A stretch of DNA of 64,000 bases, taken from an uncultured Actinomycetota bacterium (GTDB lineage: Bacteria > Actinomycetota > Actinomycetes > JAHEKZ01). The notes beneath the pieces are model-generated. The model saw only the letters and a program-made list of their open reading frames with translations. It was not told where the DNA came from and did no database searches. Positions 8,897 through 18,203 of this stretch are shown here, one piece after another. The DNA lies in the NCBI GenBank assembly GCA_963829525.1, contig CAWHIJ010000003.1, forward strand, positions 1,024,001 to 1,088,000, read 5' to 3'. The stretch's first letter is position 1. The number at the start of each line of letters is the position of its first letter. A program made the translations under genes and the position numbers.

Positions 8897-10180
8897 GACG
8901 AACGTGGGCTGATGAGTTCTCCGGTGGCTCGGTGCTGGTTGTTGTCGGTGGCCTGCTGCTTGCCGTCGCCGGCAGTTGCCGCCACAGCGTCCCAACCGGT
9001 TCTCGACCCGCAGATAGCTCTGGCGTTCGGTGCCTTGATCGCAGTTGGTGAGCTGGTCAGGGTGAACCTCCCCGGTGACCGTTCGGCTGCGCCGATCGGG
9101 GCGGCCGGCGGACTGGCCTACGCCTTGCTCGGCGACTTCCCTCAGGCGGGACCTGACGATACGACCTACGGGGTACTCCAAGTCGTGGCGGTCACCACGA
9201 TCGCCATCCTCGTCGGGGCCGTGCCGCACATGGCAGTCGGGCAGCCGCCGCGCCTTGAGTCGCTGGCCCGCCGCGTGCTGATCGTCGGGTTTGCCGCTCT
9301 GCTCTTCCGTCCGCTCTACACCAACGGAAACCTCGATGGGCTCGCTGACCCGAAGTGGCAGCTCCCGGCGTTCATGCTCGCCATCGTGCTCCTCTGCGGC
9401 TTGGTCGACGCGCTGCTGGCGGCCCTTGCCCGCTCAGGTCGAGAGCGCAGTCCGTTCACGGCCGCCGCACGCGACGAGTTCGGAGCGCTGCTCGGGATCG
9501 GTTCGGCGATCGGCGCCACCGGCGTCCTCATCGCGCTGGCTGCCGGGGTCATGGGTTACTGGGCGCTCCCCCTGTTCGCGCTTCCGCTGCTCGTGGCGCA
9601 GTTCTCGTTCCGTCGCTACGCGAGCATCCGGGCCACCTACGACCAGACGATCCAGGCGCTCTCCCGAGTCACCGAGGTGGGCGGCTACACCGAGACGGGG
9701 CATTCCCAACGGGTGGCCCAGTTGTCGGTCGCCGTTGGACGCGAGATGGGGCTCTCTGAGGACGACATCAAGGACCTGAAGTACGCAGCTCTGATGCACG
9801 ACATCGGGCAGCTCTCGCTCACCGACCCGATCTCCGGCGGTGCCACGACGCTGATCGCCCGTGACGAGCAGCGACGCATTGCGGCGTACGGGGCTGAGGT
9901 GATCCGGCAGAGCGGGATGGACCGGGTGGCGCACATCGTCGAGCAGCAGACCGAGCCTTTCCGGCGTCCTGGGCAGCCGTTCGACGCCAACATCCCCGTG
10001 GCCAGCCGCATCATCCGGGTGGCCAACGCTTACGACGACTTCGCTGGCGGATCGATGGAGAGCGTGCAGCGCATGTACGCCCTCGGCCGACTGCGCGAAG
10101 GAATGGCTGAGGAGTACGACCCCACGGTGGTCGACATCGCCAGCCGGGTTGTCGAGCGCACCATGCTGGTGGATGTCTGA
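8893..10180 (+). CDS. Membrane-bound degenerate HD-GYP protein (probable 1-nt frameshift near 8970)
   Basis: ATG 8893 overlaps the upstream stop, has SD GAGGTGA and reads MRRTWADEFSGGSVLVVVGGLLL, then joins ORF 8912-10180; GHSQRV and HDIGQ present but HHExxDGxGYP replaced by QQTEPFRRPGQP. Confidence 0.8.
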
Positions 10181-10255
10181 GGTTGGTTAAGTCCAAGACC
10201 TGGGCTGACGTCGTGGTTGGATGGGGCGCCGACGTCGGCTGGAGGGAAGTGACTC

Positions 10256-10471
10256 GTGACTGAGCAGATCCGCGCAGAAATGGTGGCGAATGTGCTGTCG
10301 CTGCTGGTGGGCGCCGGCGACGTGGTCGAGCCAGGCCAGGCTGTCGTGATCATGGAATCGATGAAGATGGAGATTCCCGTTCTTGCCGAGCGCGGTGGGA
10401 CGGTGAGCGCCGTATCGGTCGCCGAGGGCGATGTGGTCCAAGAGGGCGATGTCATGGTCGAGATCGCCTGA
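10256..10471 (+). CDS. Biotin/lipoyl carrier protein (TB7.3-like)
   Basis: AEMVANV, MESMKMEIPV biotinylation motif. Confidence 0.9.
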   Translation: MTEQIRAEMVANVLSLLVGAGDVVEPGQAVVIMESMKMEIPVLAERGGTVSAVSVAEGDVVQEGDVMVEIA

Positions 10472-10501
10472 TCCCAAAGGACTAGCCTGCTCGGCCTAAA
10501 G

Positions 10502-11716
10502 GTGGCACTTCCTGACGTCGAAGTCTCCCTCGTGGAGACCACTGACATCGATTACGAGCAGCCGACGGGCTCGGACGACCCTGTTGTCGCGGAGGCGGTA
10601 CCGGCCCCGGTGGCAGCCCCGGCGCCTTCAGGGCCCCAGTCGGTCGAGCCGTTCCTGAAAGCGCTCGTCGAAATCGGTGGCTCTGACCTTCATTGCAAGA
10701 CCGGGTCCCCGCCCCGGGTCCGTATCGATGGCCGGCTTCGCAAGTTGCAGGCGCCGTCACTGACGAACATCGACACCGAGAGCATGGTCTCCGAGGTGCT
10801 TCGCGAGCGCCCCGACCTCTGGCAGGAGTTCGTCAACACCAACGAGGCCGACTTCGCCTACTCGATGTCAGGCGTCGGACGCTTCCGTGTGAACGCCTTC
10901 CGTGCCCGGGGAGCAGCTGGCCTGGTGTTCCGCCGAGTCTCGGTTGGGGCAATCGGCCTGGACGACCTGGGTCTGCCTCAGGTGGTCAACGCGCTGGCGA
11001 TGGAGCCGCGCGGACTGGTGCTCGTCACCGGACCAACCGGTTCTGGAAAGACGACGACGCTCGCCGGGATGATCGACCACATCAACCAGAACCGCGAGGT
11101 ACACGTGGTCACGATCGAGGACCCGATCGAGGTCCTCCACTTCGACAAGCTTTCGATGATCAACCAGCGCGAGGTCAAGCTCGACACCGCCGACTTCGCG
11201 ACGGCATTGCGTGCCGGTATGCGCCAGGACCCCGACGTCATCCTCGTCGGTGAGATGCGTGACCCGGAGACCGTGAAGGCGGCCTTGGCCGCGGCTGAGA
11301 CCGGTCACTTCGTCATGTCGACCCTGCACACCACGGACGCGGCTGAGACCGTTAACCGCATCATCGACTTCTTTCCCCCGCACGAGCAGAAGCAGATCCG
11401 CATGACGCTGTCAGAGTCGCTTCGGGGCATCCTGTGTCAGCGTCTCGTCCCGCGCTCAGATGGCTACGGTCGTTGCGTGACGATGGAGGTGCTGGTCAAC
11501 ACCGGCCGCATCGCCGACGCGATCGCAGACCCGGAGAAGACCGGCACGATCACCCAGCTGATCGGCGAGGGCTCCTACTACGGCATGCAGACGTTCGACC
11601 AGCATCTGGTCTCGTTGATCCGTGACGGCGTGATCACGCTCGAGGCCGCCATGCTGGCATCGAGCAGCCCGCACGACCTCACTGTCGAGCTCCGTCGACT
11701 GGGGCTCGTGGCCTGA
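10502..11716 (+). CDS. pilT: PilT/PilU family type IV pilus retraction ATPase
   Basis: SDLH, GRFRVN, GPTGSGKTTT, TIEDPIE, RQDPDVILVGEMRD, AAETGH..STLHT, GMQTFDQ. Confidence 0.88.
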   Translation: MALPDVEVSLVETTDIDYEQPTGSDDPVVAEAVPAPVAAPAPSGPQSVEPFLKALVEIGGSDLHCKTGSPPRVRIDGRLRKLQAPSLTNIDTESMVSEVLRERPDLWQEFVNTNEADFAYSMSGVGRFRVNAFRARGAAGLVFRRVSVGAIGLDDLGLPQVVNALAMEPRGLVLVTGPTGSGKTTTLAGMIDHINQNREVHVVTIEDPIEVLHFDKLSMINQREVKLDTADFATALRAGMRQDPDVILVGEMRDPETVKAALAAAETGHFVMSTLHTTDAAETVNRIIDFFPPHEQKQIRMTLSESLRGILCQRLVPRSDGYGRCVTMEVLVNTGRIADAIADPEKTGTITQLIGEGSYYGMQTFDQHLVSLIRDGVITLEAAMLASSSPHDLTVELRRLGLVA

Positions 11717-11734
11717 CGGGCCTACTCTGGCGCC

Positions 11735-12121
11735 ATGGCGCTCGAGGTGGGACTGCAGGCGGCTCTGGTCCACGTCGTCACACCCGACGACACCGCATCT
11801 GCCGTCGGCAGCGGGGACGTTCCGATGTTGGCCACCCCTCGACTCCTCGCCCTGGCTGAAGCTGCCTGCATCGCGGCCCTGGGCGATGCCGGGTTACCTC
11901 CAGAGAGCACCACGGTTGGCACCCGCGTCGAGCTCGAACATCTGCTTGCGCTGCCGGTCGGTGAGACCGTTCGCGTCGCGGCGCGCCTTGAGCATCTCGA
12001 CGGTCGACTGCTGCGGTTTGAGGTGGTTGCTACCGATGACGGTGATCGGCTGGTGGCCCGAGCCGTCATCACACGTGTGCTCGTCGACACGCAGCGGTTC
12101 TTGGCCCGAGCAGGCCGCTGA
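11735..12121 (+). CDS. Hotdog-fold thioesterase (FlK-like)
   Basis: TASAVGSGDVPMLATP..ALAE, TTVGTRVELEHL. Confidence 0.85.
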   Translation: MALEVGLQAALVHVVTPDDTASAVGSGDVPMLATPRLLALAEAACIAALGDAGLPPESTTVGTRVELEHLLALPVGETVRVAARLEHLDGRLLRFEVVATDDGDRLVARAVITRVLVDTQRFLARAGR

Positions 12122-12163
12122 CCCGACATCTGCCGGGTCAGCTGGTAGGTGGCTCAGGCCTGG

Positions 12164-12328
12164 TCAACGGATGCCGAGGCGGCTCCAGCTCAGCTCGGCG
12201 TCCCGCCAGTCTGACCGCGAGCCAGGCGGGCACCCTGGCCGGTCGGAGCGGATCGTGCGGGCGGTCGCCAGGAGCACCGCTCCGAGCGTGATGACCAAAG
12301 CGGTCATGATGATCAGTGACGCGTCCAT
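12164..12328 (-). CDS. Small membrane protein (54 aa) divergent from the AraC regulator
   Basis: MDASLIIMTALVITLGAVLLATARTIRSDRPGCPPGSRSDW..., SD GAAAGGA. Confidence 0.65.
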   Translation of the reverse strand: MDASLIIMTALVITLGAVLLATARTIRSDRPGCPPGSRSDWRDAELSWSRLGIR

Positions 12329-12419
12329 GATCGTCCTTTCTGAGGTGACTGGCGGCGCCGCCGTGGGGTCTGGGCCGCCAGAATGGAGAGGGCTAACGGG
12401 CTGGGGCTGAATCGGTACA

Positions 12420-12492
12420 TGGCAGTTAGTTTGCGTTAGTTCAGTACCTGCCACCAGTGGCACCCTTGACAGGGTAGGCAAACTTTCTGCCA
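12420..12492. promoter_or_regulatory. Symmetric operator with four TGGCA half-sites
   Basis: TGGCAGTTAGTTTGC (12420-12434) and inverted TGGCAGAAAGTTTGC (12492-12478) flank palindrome TGCCAC-CA-GTGGCA (12449-12462). Confidence 0.6.
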
Positions 12493-12502
12493 TACTTGCG
12501 GC

Positions 12503-13471
12503 ATGCTGCAGAACGTGGCCGTGCTGGCCCTGCCCGGTGTCGCCCCCTTCGAGCTGGGAGTCGTCTGCGAGGTTTTCGGGATCGACCGCAGCGACGTCGG
12601 CCTGCCCGCCTTCGACTTCGCGGTCGTGTCCGAAGATGGCGCGCCCGTGACGACGTCGGCCGGCTTCACCGTCGCCACCGAGCACGGCCTGGAGCGCGCC
12701 GCGCAGGCTGACCTCATCTGCGTTCCAGCATCGGACACCGACCGCGGCGTCAGCCCTGCCGTCAGCGAGCTGCTGCATCAGACCGTCGCGCGTGGCGGCC
12801 GCATCCTGAGCGTCTGTAGCGGCGCATTCACACTGGCGGCGGCCGGCTTGCTCGATGACCGTCCGTGCACCACACATTGGTTCCACATGGAAGAGTTCCA
12901 GCAGCGGTACCCACGCGCACAAGTTGTTCCCGACGTCCTGTACGTCGATGACGGCCCCATCATCACGAGCGCAGGGTCGGCAGCCGGGATCGACGCGTGC
13001 CTGCACTTGGTGCGCCAAGAGCTCGGCGCAGCCGTCGCCAACGGGATCGCCCGACGCATGGTGGTGCCCGCCTACCGAGAGGGCGGACAAGCTCAGTTCA
13101 TCGAGCGGCCCGTGCCCGATACCGACGCGGTGACCCTCGGGCCGCTGCTGGACTGGATGACCGAAAACGTCGACGTCGACGTCTCGGTCGACGAGTTGGC
13201 TGCCCGCGCCCACATGTCACCGCGTACCTTCGCAAGGCGGTTCAAGGGCGAGACTGGCAGCACCCCGCACGCCTGGCTGACCCAGCAACGCGTCCAGCAC
13301 GCTGAGCGCCTGCTGGAGGAGACCGATGAGCCCATTGAGCGGATCGCGCAGCTCTGCGGCTTCGGCTCTGCGACGCTGATGCGTCACCACTTCGTCCGGC
13401 AGCGGGGCACGACACCTCAGGCGTTCCGCCGGGCCTTCCGGAACTGTGGACGGGACTCCGGCGCCGCCTGA
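12503..13471 (+). CDS. GlxA/AdpA-like AraC family regulator (DJ-1/PfpI domain + HTH)
   Basis: FELGVVCEVFG, SVCSGAF, TTHW, TSAGSAAGIDACLH, REGGQAQF, MSPRTFARRF. Confidence 0.92.
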   Translation: MLQNVAVLALPGVAPFELGVVCEVFGIDRSDVGLPAFDFAVVSEDGAPVTTSAGFTVATEHGLERAAQADLICVPASDTDRGVSPAVSELLHQTVARGGRILSVCSGAFTLAAAGLLDDRPCTTHWFHMEEFQQRYPRAQVVPDVLYVDDGPIITSAGSAAGIDACLHLVRQELGAAVANGIARRMVVPAYREGGQAQFIERPVPDTDAVTLGPLLDWMTENVDVDVSVDELAARAHMSPRTFARRFKGETGSTPHAWLTQQRVQHAERLLEETDEPIERIAQLCGFGSATLMRHHFVRQRGTTPQAFRRAFRNCGRDSGAA

Positions 13472-13492
13472 CCCCGCGGAGCCTCGCCGGGC

Positions 13493-13990
13493 CTAGTTTC
13501 CCTGGGGAACGGGCCACCGCCACACCTGCAGCGTGACGTCGGGGACCGGTTGCCAGTCGCGTTCTGGGACGCGGGCATATCGCAGCCGCTCGTAGAACGC
13601 GACCGCGCTCACATTCGTCTCGACCACGGAAAGCACGACGGCGCAGAACTGCTCGGCCCGCGCAGTCTCGTGGACTCGCTGCATCAGCTGGGCGCCGATG
13701 CGTCGGCCTTGAGCTGCAGGAGATACCGCCAACATCCGGACCTCCAGCTCGTCGGCCGTGGCGATCTCGGCGTAGCGGCTGGCCGGCCGGCAGATGGTCA
13801 CGGTGCCGACGAGCAGGTCGTCACAGGTGGCCGCCCAGAGCTCGGCTGCAGCGGCGCGACCGGCTGCGTCCACGAGGGTTCGGCGGTAGGGGTCGGACTC
13901 GCCGAACGTCAGAACGGGGGCGTAGGCCTCGGCCGTGAGGTTTCCGATCGCCGCGTATTCGCAAGGCAAGGCCCCGCGGATGGTCAGCAC
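13493..13990 (-). CDS. GNAT N-acetyltransferase
   Basis: RMLAVSPAAQGRRIG motif A; AVAFYERL.Y. Confidence 0.85.
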   Translation of the reverse strand: MLTIRGALPCEYAAIGNLTAEAYAPVLTFGESDPYRRTLVDAAGRAAAAELWAATCDDLLVGTVTICRPASRYAEIATADELEVRMLAVSPAAQGRRIGAQLMQRVHETARAEQFCAVVLSVVETNVSAVAFYERLRYARVPERDWQPVPDVTLQVWRWPVPQGN

Positions 13991-14000
13991 GGGTGCGGGG

Positions 14001-14246
14001 TCAGACGTTGGTGCGTATCCGGCTGCGGCGCTTCATGGCGCGGCGCTCGTCCTCGGAGAGGCCGCCCCAGACGCCGGCGTCCTGACCGGTCTCGAGCGCC
14101 CACTCAAGGCATGGTTCGATTACCTCGCAGCGTCGGCAGACGGCCTTGGCCTCTTCGACCTGGAGCAGTGCGGGGCCGGTGTTGCCGATGGGGAAGAAGA
14201 GCTCGGGGTCTTCGTCACGGCAGGCGGCACGGTGGCGCCAGTCCAT
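14001..14246 (-). CDS. whiB1: WhiB1/WblE Fe-S transcription factor
   Basis: MDWRHRAACRDEDPELFFPIGNTGPALLQ..AKAVCRRC..CL..GVWGG; SD GAGGAG. Confidence 0.93.
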   Translation of the reverse strand: MDWRHRAACRDEDPELFFPIGNTGPALLQVEEAKAVCRRCEVIEPCLEWALETGQDAGVWGGLSEDERRAMKRRSRIRTNV

Positions 14247-14494
14247 GCGGATGCACACTCCTCAGAGGATCAACGGGGCGTCCGCCGGAGGGCTGCACCG
14301 GGCGACGCACCATTCCGCTCGTCCCTCGGGGGGTCGGAGACGAAACGGCCTTCTCCACCCTTACAGATGGTGGGTCCGACCACAAGACGATCTCCGGGAT
14401 CATTGGGTCGTCGTTATGTCGGATGCGTCACATCCGCGCAGGTCGCGGGGTGGTGAGGGCTGGCGGCGTGATTTCCGTTACGGGCGGGCTGAGG

Positions 14495-15424
14495 TCACGC
14501 GATCACCTGCAGGGCCTTGGGTACCGCCTCGAAGGTGACGCTGGAGCGCTCGCCCAGGTAGTCGCCGTCGACCTGGAAGGCGACCGGCTCGTCGGCGGTG
14601 ACGGTAAAGCTGGTCAGATCGTGGCGGTGGACCACCCCGGCTCCCGTCGGCGGGCGGTCCCGAGAGCTCAGCGACTGGCGGGCAACGCGCAGCGTTCGTC
14701 GGACGCTCACCCGCTCGAGGGCCAGCAGGTCGAGCCCGAGGTCGAAGGACGCCCCGGGGAAGGGATCGACCGGCAGGCGCCCGAGGTAGGTCCATGGGGA
14801 GGTGTTGCCGACCAGGACCATGCCGACGGGTTCACCCACAGCCTCGTCCAGACCAGAGAGGTGCAGGGGCGGGCTGTGGCGGGCCGAGCGCCTGGCCACC
14901 GAGCGTGCTGCCGTCCGCACGTAGAGCGCGTGGCTGGAGCGGCGTCCGGCGGACCGCTTCTGCTCGACCTGCGCGACGACGTCTGCGTCCAGGCCCAGGC
15001 CAGCGGTGAAGGTGAACCAACGGTTGTCAGCGCGGCCGAGGCCGATGGTGCGCGCAGTTCCGGCGCGCAGAAGCTCAAGCAGGTATCCGGTGGCCTCGAC
15101 CTGGTCGTCGGGCATGCCCAGGGATCTGGCGAAGACGTTGGTGCTTCCTCCGGGGACGACAGCAAGGGTCGGCGCTCCTGCGTCGACGCCGTCCGCCAGC
15201 AGACCGTTGACGACCTCGTTCACGGTTCCGTCGCCGCCAAGGACGAGCACCAGGTCTACGCCAGAGCGAGCGGCGCCTGCGGCGAGCTCAGCTGCGTGCC
15301 CCCGTGCCCCGGTTTCGGTGATGTCGAGCGAGAGCTCTGAAGCGAGTGCCTGGGTGAGCACGTCGCGGGCGCGTGGGCTGGTGCTGGTCGCCCTGGGGTT
15401 GACGATGAGCCTTGCCCGCTGCAT
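14495..15424 (-). CDS. Diacylglycerol kinase family lipid kinase
   Basis: IVNP.AT, GGDGTVNEVVNG, PGGSTNVFAR, QVDGD. Confidence 0.9.
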   Translation of the reverse strand: MQRARLIVNPRATSTSPRARDVLTQALASELSLDITETGARGHAAELAAGAARSGVDLVLVLGGDGTVNEVVNGLLADGVDAGAPTLAVVPGGSTNVFARSLGMPDDQVEATGYLLELLRAGTARTIGLGRADNRWFTFTAGLGLDADVVAQVEQKRSAGRRSSHALYVRTAARSVARRSARHSPPLHLSGLDEAVGEPVGMVLVGNTSPWTYLGRLPVDPFPGASFDLGLDLLALERVSVRRTLRVARQSLSSRDRPPTGAGVVHRHDLTSFTVTADEPVAFQVDGDYLGERSSVTFEAVPKALQVIA

Positions 15425-15459
15425 GAGCCTCAGCCTACGCCTCCGGCTACGCTCCGCCC

Positions 15460-15882
15460 GTGACCCCTGACTCCTCCAAGATCGAGTCCTCAGGTCCGCT
15501 ACCGGCGCAGGTGCGGATGTTGTCGATCGCGGTGTTCGTCGAGGCGATGGCGATGATCGCCTTCATCGCCGTTGACGTCGTGAGCGCTGCGCGCAGTGAC
15601 TCAGCCGAGTGGGGGGCCGTCTGGTTCGTTGCGGTCGTCCTTGGGCTGTGGAGTGTGGGGCTGTTCCTGGTTTCGCGCGGGGTCCTAGCCGGCCGACGAT
15701 GGGCGTTCACGCCCATCCTGTTTACCCAGGGGCTGTTCGGCATCGCAGGAATCACCTTCTTCGGCGCCGCCGCTCCCGTCGCTCGCATCGTTTGGGGAGT
15801 GGTGATCGTCGGCGCCGTCGTTGTCCTGCGGCTGCTCTTCAGCCGTGAGGTTCGCGAGCATCTGATCTACGCCAACGCATAG
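15460..15882 (+). CDS. Membrane protein
   Basis: 4 TM segments, GRRWAFTP; syntenic with the membrane gene beside DAGK-whiB1 in other actinobacteria. Confidence 0.7.
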   Translation: MTPDSSKIESSGPLPAQVRMLSIAVFVEAMAMIAFIAVDVVSAARSDSAEWGAVWFVAVVLGLWSVGLFLVSRGVLAGRRWAFTPILFTQGLFGIAGITFFGAAAPVARIVWGVVIVGAVVVLRLLFSREVREHLIYANA

Positions 15883-15938
15883 GCTCGCCGGTGACCCGAA
15901 GCACTCTGGCCCCGGGCCACCAAGCGTTCTCAATAGCG

Positions 15939-16355
15939 TCAGGTGTCGGTGTCCAGGCCGAAACTGCCCTTGGCAACTAACGTTCCACTGTGGGTGCGGA
16001 TCTTGACCCAGTCGCCCTTGGAGGCGCGGGGAATGGCGTCACCGTGGTTGGTGTCCCATTCGCGGTGCGCCCAGCCACTGTTCGCGACGTGGATGCGTCC
16101 CACCTTGGTTCCGGCGACGTACACAAACACGTACCGGTCGGCCAAGCGGTTGATGTTGTTAACCGTGACCTCTAGTTCACGTCCGGTGCTGCCGCGCTCG
16201 TACTCGGCCACGCCGTTCGCGTTGGGGAATGAGCTGCTGTGGTGCAGCCGGGTGAACAAGTCCAACTCGTGGCTTGCCGAGGCGGGCGCGACACCCATTG
16301 TTCCCGCAATGAGAAGCGACCCGACAACTGCTGATGCTCGGTACAGGGCCCTCAT
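15939..16355 (-). CDS. Secreted hypothetical protein
   Basis: Signal peptide ending APASA; beta-rich mature part; SD GAGGAG. Confidence 0.65.
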   Translation of the reverse strand: MRALYRASAVVGSLLIAGTMGVAPASASHELDLFTRLHHSSSFPNANGVAEYERGSTGRELEVTVNNINRLADRYVFVYVAGTKVGRIHVANSGWAHREWDTNHGDAIPRASKGDWVKIRTHSGTLVAKGSFGLDTDT

Positions 16356-16592
16356 GAGTACTCCTCTGAAAAACTTCGCGATCCCTCCACCTCCTTCCTA
16401 GCCGAGAAGCGATGATGCCAACAGAGGCTTGCGACAGGGGCTCACCCTTCGGGGTCGTCGGCCTCGTCGAGACGGCCGGCCGTGATGTTCGCACGGGTGC
16501 GACCGAGCATCGGGCGGACGCCCGCTGTTGACGATTCTGCTTGGGATGTGGGTGCGGAAAGTGCTGCTAGAGCACCAGTTGGCGCACCCAAA

Positions 16593-16718
16593 CTCGCTGA
16601 AACGGCTCAGCGCGTGAAGCGGGTCAGCACCGGGTCAGAGTGCACACTCGCTGAACCGGCTCAGAGTGTGAACGGAGTCGGCACCGGCTCGGCGCGTGAA
16701 CGGAGTCAGCGCCGGGGT
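16593..16718. repeat. Intergenic degenerate tandem repeat, about 28-nt unit (REP-like)
   Basis: AACGGCTCAGCGCGTGAAGCGGGTCAGC / ACCGGCTCAGAGTGTGAACGGAGTCGGC / ACCGGCTCGGCGCGTGAACGGAGTCAGC plus two ACTCGCTGAA copies. Confidence 0.7.
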
Positions 16719-17263
16719 CACACTGCTTCGGGGTCGCCGGTGTCGTCGAATCGGCCGGATGCCAGTCGCTCCAGGGCTGTGCCGGTCAGTCGGTTCACGG
16801 TCCAGTCGTCCATCGAGATGGCACCGATCCGCTGGTAGAAGTCGACGGCGGGATTCCAGTCGAGGACCCACCAGTCGAGGCGCGGGTAACCGCGATCGAC
16901 GCAGATCTGCGCGAGGTGCTGCAACAGCGCCTTGCCGTAGCCGAGCCCGCGGTACTGCTCGCGGACGTACAGGTCGTCGAGGTAGATCGAGTGCTTGGCC
17001 GTCCAAGTGAAGAAGTTGCGGAACCAGATCGCCATGCCGGCGATCTCCCAGTTGGCGTGCTCCGCAGGGGTGTCGTCCTTAGCGTGGTGCTCCAGGATGG
17101 AGCACCAGACGGCTGGTTCGTCACAGAAGAGCGCCTCGGTGAAGAGCTTTTCGCTGGACTGCACCTCGTGGCGGGCCTTTTCATACTCAGCCAGCTCGCA
17201 CACCATCGCGAAGATCTCGGGGACGTCGTCGGGGCGGGCGCCGCGGATCCGGTAGCTCGTCAT
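16718..17263 (-). CDS. GNAT acetyltransferase (diamine acetyltransferase-like)
   Basis: ELAEYEK, IYLDDLYVREQYRGLGYGKAL, WVLDWNPAVDFY. Confidence 0.88.
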   Translation of the reverse strand: MTSYRIRGARPDDVPEIFAMVCELAEYEKARHEVQSSEKLFTEALFCDEPAVWCSILEHHAKDDTPAEHANWEIAGMAIWFRNFFTWTAKHSIYLDDLYVREQYRGLGYGKALLQHLAQICVDRGYPRLDWWVLDWNPAVDFYQRIGAISMDDWTVNRLTGTALERLASGRFDDTGDPEAV

Positions 17264-17357
17264 GGCTCGATCTTGGCGCAGGCGCGGACAGACATAGGAA
17301 CGCGGGGTCGCTCCCGAGAGAACGACCCCGCGTCCAACGCCGTGGGCTGTGCGTGCG

Positions 17358-17750
17358 TCAGGCCTTCTTGGTCTCCCAGAAGATGTTGGCGATCTCGTCG
17401 ATCTTGCCAAGCAGCTGGTCGGCAACGGCAACGTCGTTGCTGCCTTTGGTGCCACCGGCGCCGGCGAGCTTGGTGGCGTCGTTGAAGAGCCCGTGCAGCT
17501 GGGGATACTTCTCGAAGTGCGGGGGCTTGAAGTAGTCAGTCCAGAGCACCCACAGGTGCTCCTTGACCATGTTGGAGCGCTGCTCCTTGATGGAGACTGC
17601 GCGCGCCTTGAAGTCGGCGTCGTCGCTGCCGTGGTACTTCTCCATGCACGCCTTCACCGACTGGGCCTCGATCTTGGCCTGAGCAGGGTCGTAGACGCCG
17701 CACGGCAGGTCGCAGTGGGCACTGACCTCGGCGATGAGCCGGAGAGCCAT
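17358..17750 (-). CDS. sodN: Nickel superoxide dismutase precursor
   Basis: Ni-hook HCDLPCGVYDP after a short propeptide; HLWVLWTDYFKP; SD GAAAGGA. Confidence 0.97.
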   Translation of the reverse strand: MALRLIAEVSAHCDLPCGVYDPAQAKIEAQSVKACMEKYHGSDDADFKARAVSIKEQRSNMVKEHLWVLWTDYFKPPHFEKYPQLHGLFNDATKLAGAGGTKGSNDVAVADQLLGKIDEIANIFWETKKA

Positions 17751-17799
17751 GGGTGGGTCCTTTCGACGCAGGTCTGGGATGTCAGCGACACTACCCCTC

Positions 17800-18165
17800 A
17801 TGTCACGCGCACGCAGATCCCCCTCCGAGCACGAACTTGGGGCGGTCGTTGCCGGGCGAGCCATCGTCCGCGTGCGAGGGGCGTCCATGGAGCCGACGCT
17901 GCGCGACGGGGACCTGCTGTTGGTGCGAGTCGGCCTGGAGCCGGCACCCGGCAGCCTCGTTGTGCTGGCGCTGCCAGGACGCCATGGGCTGGCCGTCAAG
18001 CGGGCTGTGCGCTTGGAGCCGGAGGGCTGGTGGGTCGAGCGCGACAACCCGCGGGAAGGCGTCGACTCTTGGGTGGTGGGGGCCATCCCGACCCGTGACG
18101 TGGTGGCGCAGGTGGTGCAACGTGTTTGGCCGCTTCGGCGCATCAGGCCAGCTCCGGCCCTGTGA
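17800..18165 (+). CDS. sodX: Ni-SOD maturation protease (S26 family)
   Basis: VRGASMEPTL..GD, AVKRA, DN...DSW..G; divergent from sodN. Confidence 0.85.
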   Translation: MSRARRSPSEHELGAVVAGRAIVRVRGASMEPTLRDGDLLLVRVGLEPAPGSLVVLALPGRHGLAVKRAVRLEPEGWWVERDNPREGVDSWVVGAIPTRDVVAQVVQRVWPLRRIRPAPAL

Positions 18166-18203
18166 CACGATGGTCGATCCGCCCACCTTCGGAAGCGTGC
18201 TCC

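Noticed and set aside
13550-15340. 596-aa plus-strand ORF
   Set aside because: Antisense shadow of GNAT, whiB1 and DAGK; Arg/Gly-rich with no motifs.
16593-16718. Possible CRISPR array
   Set aside because: Units are adjacent and degenerate, with no unique spacers and no cas genes.
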